From Massalongia carnosa (lineage: Eukaryota): a stretch of 64,000 nt of DNA. Both the position numbers and the translations under genes were made by a program. The stretch covers positions 868,001-932,000 of the forward strand of contig OZ287085.1 of the NCBI GenBank assembly GCA_965645245.1. The letters run 5' to 3'. This document shows positions 53,662 to 64,000 of this stretch, in pieces. Numbering within the stretch: position 1 is the first letter of the stretch; each line of letters starts with the position of its first letter. A model generated the notes under the pieces. It had not been told where the DNA came from. It searched no databases and was given only the letters and a program-made list of their open reading frames with translations.

Positions 53662-54654
53662 AATATTATTTTGCGATTCTTAAACATGAGATGATAATTG
53701 ATCATATCGAGAACGAGGAAAATCATATACAATTTACTACTCTAAATATATATCTTTGATATAGTTTGCGTAATTAGATTTCGTTGCTCTAATTCTGTTA
53801 TGTATAATGTTGAATTTTACCTGTATTTTAAATTCAACCTCATTTCATAAAAGATTTCGATATGTTTTCTTTCGTTTTTTATCGACCTTTTTTTCGAGAT
53901 GTTTGTAATAATAAATATATAAAACGACAGAAAAATATTTAAATAATGCATATTTAATATCTTTATTTCAATCATTAATAAGCACTTCTTGTCGTCTCGA
54001 GCGAAATTGAACGTATAATATCATTGCTCGTAAAAAAAAGATCCAGTTATTTCTGTTCTCGATTAAGATCAATATCGACGTTATTTTCAATATCTTATTA
54101 TTATCGTCTTGAGTTACAAAACACAAGATTACAAGCGCGTTCGATATCTTGCAAGCGATATCACTATATTGAACTATCGAGCGACAATAAAGAAAAACAC
54201 GTTTAATCGTCTTTGACAGTACTAAAAATCGTTTGAAAGAATTGTTTTTATCTAACTTCAGGTTTGTTTATAAAAATCTTGTATTATTTATTCTTCGTAT
54301 GTTGACAAGAATATAGATATATATTGAAAGCTTTGTTTAGTATTTTCAAATCGTTTTATCATGAGAGACTCTTTTGTGCGTTATATCGTCATATAATTTG
54401 GGTTGTTTTCTCGACTGAAAGTCTGAAGATTATTAAATACCTTAATTTAACTCGATAATCAGATTACACAAGCGTATAATTTGTTTTATTAATGATTGAT
54501 TACTAAACAGGACTGTTATCTGAATGATCGACAAGATTAGCTATTTTACAATTATAAGAAATCCATTAAATGACTATTCTTAATTTAATGTCAGTATTAT
54601 TTTGTCTTAATTCTTATATATTTAAGAATTGTATTTCTCAATTTTATTAAATAA

Positions 54655-55105
54655 GTTTATCCCTGCCGTAACCTTACCAGCCTGCCTATGTAGCTAGCAT
54701 AGATAAACTCCAGAACACGTAATTATATTCTGTAGACTTTTTGGAAATAGAGAACAGATTTTTTGCGCCGCTGGCACGAACAACTATCAACAGCTGACCG
54801 AAAAATTAAAAACTCTAAAGATATTAACTACTTGGCTAATAAAAACAGGTCTACTGATCTAATTCTTACTGGCATCTTTACTATTGTACAATTAACAGTA
54901 GTTTCACCTTTCTTTTCCTTCTTATCTCATAATACGTCACAGTTCTCACATGATTTTGGCTCTGCGTCTCCTGTCCGACGTCGACCCGGTACCATATCGG
55001 ACAGATATCAAGGGATATAGTTTTTACACCTGAAAAAAGATTTCCATATAACATAACTTAGATAGCTTTACCCGCAAGTTCGGCCTACGGCCGGTGAAAT
55101 ATTGG
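54655..55105. repeat. Unclassified repeat of about 450 bp; an inverted, insertion-split copy lies at about 55578-56975
   Basis: Shared blocks in opposite orientation, e.g. AAAGCTATCTAAGTTAT, ATATCCCTT..GTCCGATATG..CGGGTCGAC and CTGGAGTTTATCT. Confidence 0.65.
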
Positions 55106-55604
55106 AGAATGAATAAATTATTATTATTATTGAATAAGTTGATTCGTATTCGAAGGTTACAATGATCGTACTTAAATAAACTTTTTTTTTGATCTTTTCA
55201 ATTCGTGTTAAATATCTAATTCCTACCAGCATAATAAATACCTATCAGTTCAATAAATATAGTACATACGGCTGCACTAGATTAATAGATCATCTACGGA
55301 AACCTTAGATGCCGCATTAGGCTTAGTTCCAAGATAAGATAATATTACCTCGCTTAGAAGGGGTAACCAGTAAAAGGAAAAGATTGCTTGCCTAGCAACT
55401 TTTAATCCTTAACATCACGGTCATAAAAACCTTTTTTATTTTATAGTCATATGACTATAGTTATATACCTATTTTAACATTTCACTAGAACTCGCTTTTG
55501 CTTGCAAGTCAATTAAAAATCATTCGTCTCGTCTTATATTAATCGTTTCATAATTATGTTGATGATGATATATTTATACTCCGATATGTTACCGACCTAG
55601 GCCG

Positions 55605-56547
55605 TATCATGGGAGGGCTGGAGAGATACAAGACTCTATCTTGCAGAACGGATATCTAGATATGCTAAAACTAGAAGTAGAGAATAATACACAAGACGTC
55701 CGATGAAGAGCTCTAAATACCTGTAAGAGTCAGACCTGGCGATTATCAGACACCAGGCCTAGGGATATGTGACAATGTGAAGACACTAATGATTTGCTAT
55801 ACTAATATACTAAAAGAAGTATGTAGGTAAAGCGGAAGACTAATCGTTGAAGATTGCATCTCCCTCGAGCAGCCTCCTTATATACCCGGACCGAAGCCCT
55901 TGACCTCTGGGCCCTTGATACTGTAACTATCTTGACCGCCCATTACTCCTACCGGATAAGCCGGCTAAACACTCTGCTGACTGCATCGTGGACACTGTGC
56001 TGACTGTATCGTAGACACTGTGCTGACTGTATCGTGGACACTGTGCTGACTGTATCGTACGATCCGCTCACTAATCGTACGAGTATCCTCGTATATCTCG
56101 ATCGCTCGTATTATACTCTCGGCAGTAGATACCAGCCGCGTAACGCAGACCAACTGCTTTCCATATGACTAAGCCTAGCCGTAGAACTAAGCCCCGCTTA
56201 GTTAGCTTAGCCCTTATTCCTTCTATGCCCTGACAATACCTGGGAAACCACATAGACTTTATAGCCATGGCTTTCAACTCTCCTATTCTCGACTTGCCCC
56301 GTCTCTGTTCCTGTAATAATTTCCTTAACATAATTGCTTTGACCTATCCCGCCTTTATCTGTGCTGAAGCACTTTCAGTCATAAGCCTAGATAGTGGAGA
56401 CGTTGAGATTGGATACGGATTGTAGGAGATTGATAGTGCGCTGAGGGCGGCAGAAGAACGCCTGAGCACGATAGATGACAGCAATAGGCCCCGTTAAATA
56501 CTAACCCGATCAGGACAAGCGGGAGGGTGCGAAGCGATTCCGTGACA
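55605..56547 (-). repeat. Solo LTR of the TGTCACGGAATCGC family carrying a nested G1 LTR
   Basis: TSD GGCCG (55600-55604 and 56548-56552). Confidence 0.85.
55722..56235 (-). repeat. Solo LTR of the G1 family (3 units plus 1 diverged of the 23-bp array)
   Basis: Reverse complement of 1371-1908 lacking one unit, with TSD ATACC. Confidence 0.95.
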
Positions 56548-57923
56548 GGCCGACCCATACGGGCAAAGCTATCTAAGTTATACTACATGGAAAACCTAGC
56601 ACAGTTGTAAAAACCATATCCCTTAATAACCGTCCGATATGACTACGGGTCGACATCGGGAGGAAGACGCAGTGCAAAGGACGTGGGGAACTGTAATGCC
56701 TTGTGAAAAGAGTAGAAAAAAAGAAAGGTTCAACTATTATTGCTTATACAATAATATTGATGCTAGTGAGAACTGATTCAATAAGCCTGTTTTTATTACC
56801 CAAGCAGTTAGTATCTTCAGAGGCATTGATGATTCGGTAAGCTGCTAATAGTCGCTCGTGCTGGCGGCGCGAAACATCTGTTCTCTATTGTCAATAAGTC
56901 TGCAGAACATGATTACATGTTCTGGAGTTTATCTGTGCCTGCCATATAAGCAGTCCGGTGAGGTAATAGAGGGTACCCGTCGCTTGTAGAGGAAGTCAGC
57001 TAACCCGATCTTGCCAGTGCGGATTTGTGATGTTAGAGCGCTTTCTGCCTTTTTTAGCTGCGTGTGTATTTTCAGCCGTTTTTTACTCAGTTTGACTGAT
57101 TGTATTATAGAGGGTTCAATGACGCGATTTTGATATGCGCACTACGAGTCGTTCTAGACTTTTATTTGTCGTGCATTAATTGTTTGCATCTGCTTGTGTC
57201 GGGCCGTTACCGCAACGATAGCTTCGCGGTGCCACACCGTTATCATTTTATTCTTGATCAATAACAAGTAATTTTTTGATAAGTCGATTATAATAAGATT
57301 AAACGAGATATTGTGGTGGGGCGACATGTGTCATCTATGGTCAGGTGACATGGCAGGCCTGTGTGGGGATAAAACGGGTTTTTTGCTGGCGTTTTCTTCA
57401 TCATCTCCGGACATCATCTTCTATCATCTACGCTGTCATAATAATTGTCGTGTCACGTAGTCATCGACACACGTTTATTTCGTGGATCAACTAGTCGTTC
57501 AGTCGTTCAGTCGTCGAGTTCTTTTCATCCCTATGCAGTCGTATGTCGATTAAGACGTTTGTGTGTGTGTGTATGTTTACTGCTCAGTTCGCCATCTATC
57601 ATCACGTACCACTACCTTCTATTAGCACGCACGACTACCCTTCTTCAACATAAGTATGTGGAACTGATAGACGAAGATATGCATAAATCTGTCCCGAATT
57701 AACGCTAAAACTCGAATATTACGTAGTTCAGATATCTCATTCAAGTATTTATAAAGTTTTAATGATTTTTAATACTTAAAGCAGAAAATTATAAAACTCT
57801 AATTGATAGATTCAGTCATTTCATTTATGATTTACTTTTGGATATCGCACGATTATCGAACTATGGATATCTAATCACTCGTTTTTATCGTAGTAATTAT
57901 ATCTTCTTTCTTGAAGTAACAAG

Positions 57924-58297
57924 TACATCGTGTAACGGGTTAGGTTAAACTCGTCGGGTTTGGGTTGGGTTCGGGTTTTATATGCGGATTTCCGGATTAA
58001 ACTATTAAACCCCGTCAGTTTTTTTCTGCAAATTTGATATGAAAATTCAACGAAAATATTACTTTTAAAGTAATAAAAAACTTGCTTACTTATTATTATT
58101 TCTTGATAACTACTTTTCAGGATTTTCAGGATTTTTAAATGTGTTTAAAACGTCTAAGAAACATGTTTAAAATTGATAAAAAAATTAAACGGGTCGACCA
58201 GGTCAAACGAGTTTACCCGGGAACGGTTCTCTAACCCAGTAGCGGGTCGGGTTTAACTAGTCAAAACACAACCTAACCTGATCCGTTGTGTAGCGTA
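57924..58297. mobile_element. Non-autonomous hAT element (374 bp)
   Basis: Degenerate TAC..GTAACGGGTT / ..CCGTTGTGTAGCGTA ends, GGGTT subterminal repeats and an 8-bp TSD GTAACAAG. Confidence 0.8.
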
Positions 58298-58829
58298 GTA
58301 ACAAGATTTTATCGAGTAATCGATATTCAATGAAATTTTCCTTGTGCGTGTTATTTTACTATTCGATCGCAATATTTCAAATAATCTTCAAATAACTTCA
58401 TTCAATTAATTAAATTTCTTGAAGATTAGCTTGACATCTTTAAAAGCAAAATTACGTGTATATTACGGTAGTTGAATTTGAAATAACCCCCAGGCAAGAT
58501 AAGAGGATTATTTGAGGATAATCTTAGTAATTTATCGTGTTATATTACTTCTATTAACAGATCAAAAAATTTAAGAATATGACATTATCGTTATTCAAGA
58601 ATCCTGATACCAATTCCTTATTTTTATTATATTAAGCTCTCATCAAAGTAGATTTTACTTATTAAATCGTTCGAATAGAGACGCAAGAATATATTTCTTT
58701 ATCAATAACTCAATCGATCTCGATAATTCAGAAGTAAAATTCTCGTCGACGGATATTATCATTCTAATAATCCGCACAAAAATTGAATAAAAATCAGAAG
58801 TGATTCACGTTTATAACGTGTACAATTCT

Positions 58830-59125
58830 TTTATTGAAATAGGTATATAACTATGACTATATTGCTATATAATAACCGACAATTTGTATGACCCTGATGT
58901 ATAAGATAAAAAGTTGCTATTAAGCAGTCTTCTCCTTATAAGTGGTTACCCTCTACTAAGCGAAGTGATAATAATTTATCCGAGCCTAGGTTACTTAAGA
59001 CACCGCTAAAGGTCTTAAGTAACCGATTCGGTTAGACTAGAACTGATCTATCTTATCTGTTGGGCTGGTAGAAGTTGAAAATTCAGCATCTTTTCTCGCT
59101 TTCTATTTATTTATAGATAGTTTAT
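58830..59125. repeat. Unclassified AT-rich repeat; an inverted relative lies at about 55190-55490
   Basis: AATAGGTATATAACTAT, AAAAGTTGCTA and GGTTACCC..CTAAGCGA are shared in opposite orientation. Confidence 0.55.
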
Positions 59126-59695
59126 TACGCCGCGGAATGGGTTGGGTTGGGTTGGGTTCGGGTTGGGTTATTGTTGGGTTGGGTTCGCGTTGGGTTTTCA
59201 TTGGGTTATCCAAATCACATGCTTAGTAATTGTAATCAATAACCTTGACTTATCAACGTGGCGATCGGCGTTAGTATCTTATGTATTCTCAACTATACCA
59301 TCTACTTACCACCAGGCATACTCTTCCTGGTGGTTGGTTTTCTTATCGCACCAGTTCTGGCACCTGGTCCGGGTTTTCTGTCGAGTGTTCGGTTTGGAAT
59401 TCTGCGCGTACGCTTGCGCGGAGTTTTCGGTGCCATATCTAAAGGCAAACAGGCAAGCAGACAGGTTATCAGTAGTCGCGCGTGGCAACTAGGTTAAGTT
59501 GGGTATGGTTAGGTTCAGTATGACTAGGTTGGGTTGGCTAGTTTAGGTAGAATATCTATGCATGCGTTGGATTTGACTGAGTGTTTAGAACGTAAACGTA
59601 GTTATTAATGCTTTATCGCAGCATAATCTAGTCAATGAAGTTACCTTCCTACAGCTACATTCCTACTGCTACATCCTATATATACATTCCTATAT

Positions 59696-62302
59696 ATGCA
59701 ATCCTCGTCATTCGCAACAATGAGCAGCTCGCAGATTATAGATTCAGAGATATACGATCTTCAAGTTGTGGGCAAACCTACCAGATGCTACGCATATGTG
59801 GCCGAGAAGAGCGAGGGGTTTATGGAATGGGGGCGAAGTACGAGATGGCATTTTGCTAATGAAGAGAAGAATAGAAAGGCGATAAAGAAGATCGATTGGG
59901 GATCGACCAAAAGAAAGGCGGCGGAATGGAAAGAGTTTCAGGAAGGCGCCACTGTGGGCGATGGTAATTCCAAAATAATCTGCTCGCGATGCTCCCTGGT
60001 CTTGACTCATCCCTCACTGAGCTCCGGAAATAACTGCATGACTAATCACTTTAATTCCGAGTCCTGTAAAAAGACGTCGACATTGAAAGGAATGAAGCAA
60101 CTTTCCTTAAAGGTTGGATATCGTGCCGAAGTATGACTACCACAATGACTACCACATTACTCTGTACGTGCTTTGCTAATCAATATTAGATTGAAGCAAA
60201 AAGACAAGAGGCATTAACTCTCAACGGGCGTAGACTAAAAAAGGATGATTTCACGCCTCAATTGCTTCTTATGATTATTCCTCTTGGGCTACCGTTACGA
60301 AGTGTCGCAAACGTCGAATTGCAAAGAGCGTTCAACTGTCTGCTCGATAATGTAGAGTTTCCTTCACCATCGACAATCAAGAATCGCTTGATGACCCGAA
60401 GTCAAGAGATTATTCCGCTTTTGCTCGAGAGGCTACCTAGGGGTAGTTCAAAGGTCTCTCTGGCTTTGGATTGTTGGTCGTCATTTAATCGTCAAGGTTA
60501 TCTGGCCATCAATGCTTACTTCATTGACGATAAATAGAATTATCACGAAGTGCTTCTTGCCTTCGAACACGTTGAAGGCTCACACACGGGAATAAAACTT
60601 GCTGAAGTATTGAACAGCGTTTTAATTAGACATTCTATTGAAGATCGTGTTTTGGCATTAACCACGGACAGTGCATCTAATAACACAACGATGGTAGATG
60701 AGTTGCGACGAATGATACGAAGCAATCGAGCCTTGGCACTTCTACACACTGATGCTAATGAGATACAGCGAGTGCCTTGTTTATCGCATGTAATTCAACT
60801 TGCCGTGAAACAGCTACTTGGGTGTATTCACATTAATCCCAAAAATGCCGATTTCAAAACTAGCTGGGATGATAAGTAAGATAGACGGGATTTCGAAAAC
60901 CCGACACCTGGAGTTCCCCTTACGCTAGCTAAGGCAAGATTTATTTTGTGGTAGTCGTTGTGGTAGTCGTTCTAAATTTCGATTAGGTTCGAGCATTAGC
61001 TGTTTACATTAACAGTAGCAATTTACGTAAGGAGAACTTCTACGCTGTTCAACGAGCATTGAATAACGAAGAGAGACGCACTGGAAACTCGGTCAGCGGT
61101 ACAGTACTTAAGCTTTTTCAAGATGTAAATACTCGATGAGACTCCACATGTCACATGTTAATTCGAGCGCTCAAGTTGCGACAAGCGCTGAATAGATATC
61201 ATGATAAACATGAAGCCGAGTATTTGAGATTGCTCGACGTGGAATGGTCACAGATAGAATATCTTATCGATTTAACGAAGCTATTCTGCGTCTTCACAAA
61301 GATGATTGGTCAATCAAAGCAACCGACCATTTATCAGGTGTTCGAGATCTACAATAAGCTGTTCGATCATCTGGATCAAGCTCGCGCAAGATTATCTCGT
61401 AAGCGAGTATCGTGGAAACGGGCGCTATTGAATGGCATCATCGAGGCGGCTGCAACGAAATTACGTCAATACTATTCTAAAACTCAGGGGTCATTAGGTT
61501 ATCTATATGGAAAGGCGGCATTGCTATCTCCCAAGAAGAAGGACCAAATTTTCAAGGGTCCCAATTGGGATGCGCCCTATGGGGAAAGTCGATGGGAAGA
61601 TCAATATTGGCAATCTCTAGAAGCGGAATTCGATATCTACGAGAATTCTCAAACCTCACAAGTACGCGGGCGTAATGTCGCGATCATTCGAGACTTGAAT
61701 AATCTGGATCTTCTTCTGAGTACGAATAATGCTACTCCGCTCGCTCTAGATGACGAGTTCAACTGCTATCGTCAGCGAGGTAGGTTAACTGATACAATAA
61801 ATCAGGTCTTTTCTCATTGTGTTCAACATACACAGCGATGCGTGATCGTTCGGGTCCTATTCTACAACAGTGGAAAGATCTCGAGCCGGAATTTCCACAA
61901 ATGAGTATGGTTGCCAGGGACATCCTTGCTGTACCAGCCGCTGGCGTTGGATGTGAGCGCGTTTTTAGCGTTGCGGGAGCCCTTTACGATCATCGCAAGA
62001 ATTTTCATCTGGATACATTCTCCGCGATGATGATGGTTCGTTTCTACGATCAGAAGGAGAATGCAGATGCAAGTTTACACGTAGATTTGGAAGAAGAAGA
62101 AAGCATGAGTCTTGAGGATTTGACTAATGAGATGCAAAGGCGACATGAAGACCTAACACAGGTTTTTCAGAAGGTCTACATTAGTGATGAAGAAGACAAT
62201 AACAATGACGAGGACCAGTTAACGCAGATCGGGTCATCGCAGGTTGAGCAGGTCTCAGCGCGAGATGTAAGCATCGAGTCACTTACTTTCGTGTCTTCTT
62301 GA
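59696..62302 (+). pseudogene. Intron-containing hAT transposase with premature stops
   Basis: BED finger (CSRC..H..C), LALDCWSS, LTTDSASNN, PCLSHVIQLAV and the dimerisation motif ARDILAVPAAGVGCERVFS. Stops at 60535, 60877 and about 61137. The 3' end is uncertain. Confidence 0.85.
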
Positions 62303-62861
62303 GCTAATTATTCTACAGATAAGTAAGAAACGAACTTACAATAACAGAAACTCCATTTCCGAGCAACGCGCACAAGAAGGGGTAGGCTTCCATCAAGCGA
62401 GGAGGTGAAGGAGGGTATGATAGAGGAGGGTATGGTAGATGAGGCGGAGGAGGAGGAGGAGGAAGAGGGTGTAGTGGATGAGGTGGAGGAGGAGGAGGAG
62501 GAGGGTGCGGTGGAGGATGAGGTAGAGGAGGGGGGTGGAGAGGGTGGGGGTGACAAGAAGGTGGAGAGTAAAGGAAGAGATGGCGAGAGACTTTCTTTAC
62601 GAGTTTTGAGTAGGAAGCGATGAATGGGCGACGACATACTTCGATATTCGATAGAAGATAGCATATGAATTTGTGATAGTCTTTATGGTAGTTCGACGTC
62701 AACGAAATAAATGTTTTATCTATAATCTACATTTTACTTTGTGATAGTCATTAAAATAAATCTACAATTATTGAAAATCCTAACTCATGTGATAATATTG
62801 CATTCGTGTTTTGTGGTAGTCATGCTAGTAGTCATCATTTACACTCGCAGATTTTTTCTGT

Positions 62862-62936
62862 GGGTACTGATATATGGACACCCCATCCGCTACCTAGAGT
62901 CTAAGTAGCGGATGGGGTGTCCATATATTATTACCC
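62862..62936. mobile_element. 75-bp fold-back mini-MITE with MULE-like termini
   Basis: Perfect 24-bp stem (62870-62893 and 62905-62928), GGGTA..TACCC ends, and an 8-bp direct repeat TTTTCTGT on both sides. Confidence 0.8.
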
Positions 62937-63189
62937 TTTTCTGTTGGGTAACCCAACGATAACCCAACCCAACCCAAAACCCATTGGGTTGGGTTCTCAT
63001 TTTAATAACCCAACCCAACCCAACCCATTCCGCGGCGTAGTTCCGATGCTTCCCTTTCAGTCCTCTCAGACCTCCGTTGATTGCCCTTATGATTACTAAA
63101 AGGGTTGAGTAACGGAAGCGGTTAGTGCGCCGGCAGATGCCGTACTTTCCTTTGATTAGCCTTGGGTTAATGTGGTTGCATGGTGACAT

Positions 63190-64000
63190 CGAAAGGGGAA
63201 ATGCTCAGCGTGAGTGGTGGAAGATAGCTACTACGTGCTGGTCTCCGAGAGAATACGTGATCCAAAGAACCAATGGATGTGGAAGTGCTTAGACCAAGTG
63301 ATCTCGTCCGAGACCCAAACGTGGGTTGGTCATAGAATAAAGACTAATTGCTAACGAATACTACAGGATTCGTTCTGGTCGTTATCCTACTTACTCCAAG
63401 CCCATAGCATTTGGAGCCTTGTAACCTTAGGAGCCTTGCAACCCACTTCTGACCTTATCGCCTTGCATCTAACTATCCCTCAGGATCCATCCACGAACTC
63501 GACGTTCGCTGGATCATCTAGTCACCTCGAGCAGCCTTCTAGACGTTCCCTTGCAAGGTAGAATATTTCTACCTCCGGCTAGATCCCTCGCCTCATTGCT
63601 AGCCTGCCTCTAAACATAAAGTCTAGACGCCGAGGCTATGTAACTTCATTTCGCCGTCACCACTACCAACGTAGCGATGGAAGGTTACCTCCGACTGAAT
63701 CTCTATCTACACTGCGGAGCTGCCTCTAGACACTAGGTCTAGACCACAAGTTCATGTAGGTTCATTCAGCCGACATCACTACCAGCGTAGCAATAAAGAT
63801 GGAAGCTGTAGTTTACAGCGTGCGTCCAGCTAGCCGTGCCTCCTGCTACAACTCTTGATCTATCAAGAGATCGAGTAGCTCCGAGTAGGCCTGTAGATTC
63901 CATATAGAGTTCACGGCTAGTGTCCACAGGAGTTCGACTTACTCCCTTGCAATCTACCACCGCGGCCTCGGCAGGTGTTTGATCTTTAAGCAGTCTAGGA
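63190..64000. repeat. Inverted, window-truncated relative of the 1-kb LTR at 51293-52320
   Basis: Reverse-complement blocks such as CATAGAATAAAGACTAATTGCTAACGAATACTAC and CAGGATCCATCCACGAACTCG. The left end is approximate. Confidence 0.8.

Larger units (their letters stand above)
59126..63039 (+). mobile_element. hAT-superfamily DNA transposon (3914 bp)
   Basis: TIR TACGCCGCGGAATGGGTTGGGTTGGGTTGGGTT at both ends, GGGTT subterminal repeats and an internal transposase. Confidence 0.93.

Noticed and set aside
55057..55096. CGGCCTACGGCCG hairpin near a CTRR as a Helitron 3' end
   Set aside because: Homology with the copy at 55578-56975 continues past the motif, so it is internal to another repeat, and no RepHel sequence was seen.
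59138..59205. GGGTT/AACCC runs as telomeric repeats
   Set aside because: They are pentamers rather than TTAGGG, and they sit symmetrically at both hAT ends as subterminal repeats.
62308..62702. Pro-, Ser- or Glu-rich ORFs near the hAT 3' end as separate genes
   Set aside because: A GAG/GGA low-complexity tract is open in several frames; at most it is a transposase tail.

Overview
This is eukaryotic DNA, most consistent with a filamentous ascomycete: it has GT-AG introns, fungal transposon families and a FunK1 kinase. The species cannot be determined. The window is almost entirely nested transposable elements. It holds three Ty3/Gypsy chromoviruses: one intact with apparently identical LTRs, one decayed, one 5'-truncated. 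It also holds an apparently intact tyrosine-recombinase (Ngaro-type) retrotransposon, two Copia relics, pogo/Fot1, Tc1-like, MULE and hAT DNA transposons, many solo LTRs and several MITEs. The only intact host-like gene is an intronless FunK1 protein kinase (31816-34476, minus). Three observations stand out. (1) The YR retrotransposon has three intact ORFs but no visible split direct repeats or ITRs, and instead ends in a multi-branched fold-back structure. (2) Old repeat relics lack CC/GG while keeping CpG and CpA, a C->T signature different from the CpA RIP seen in other elements of the same window. (3) A Tc1-like element is inserted at GG|CC without the usual TA duplication. All coordinates and counts were read by eye, and family assignments come from motif recognition rather than database searches.
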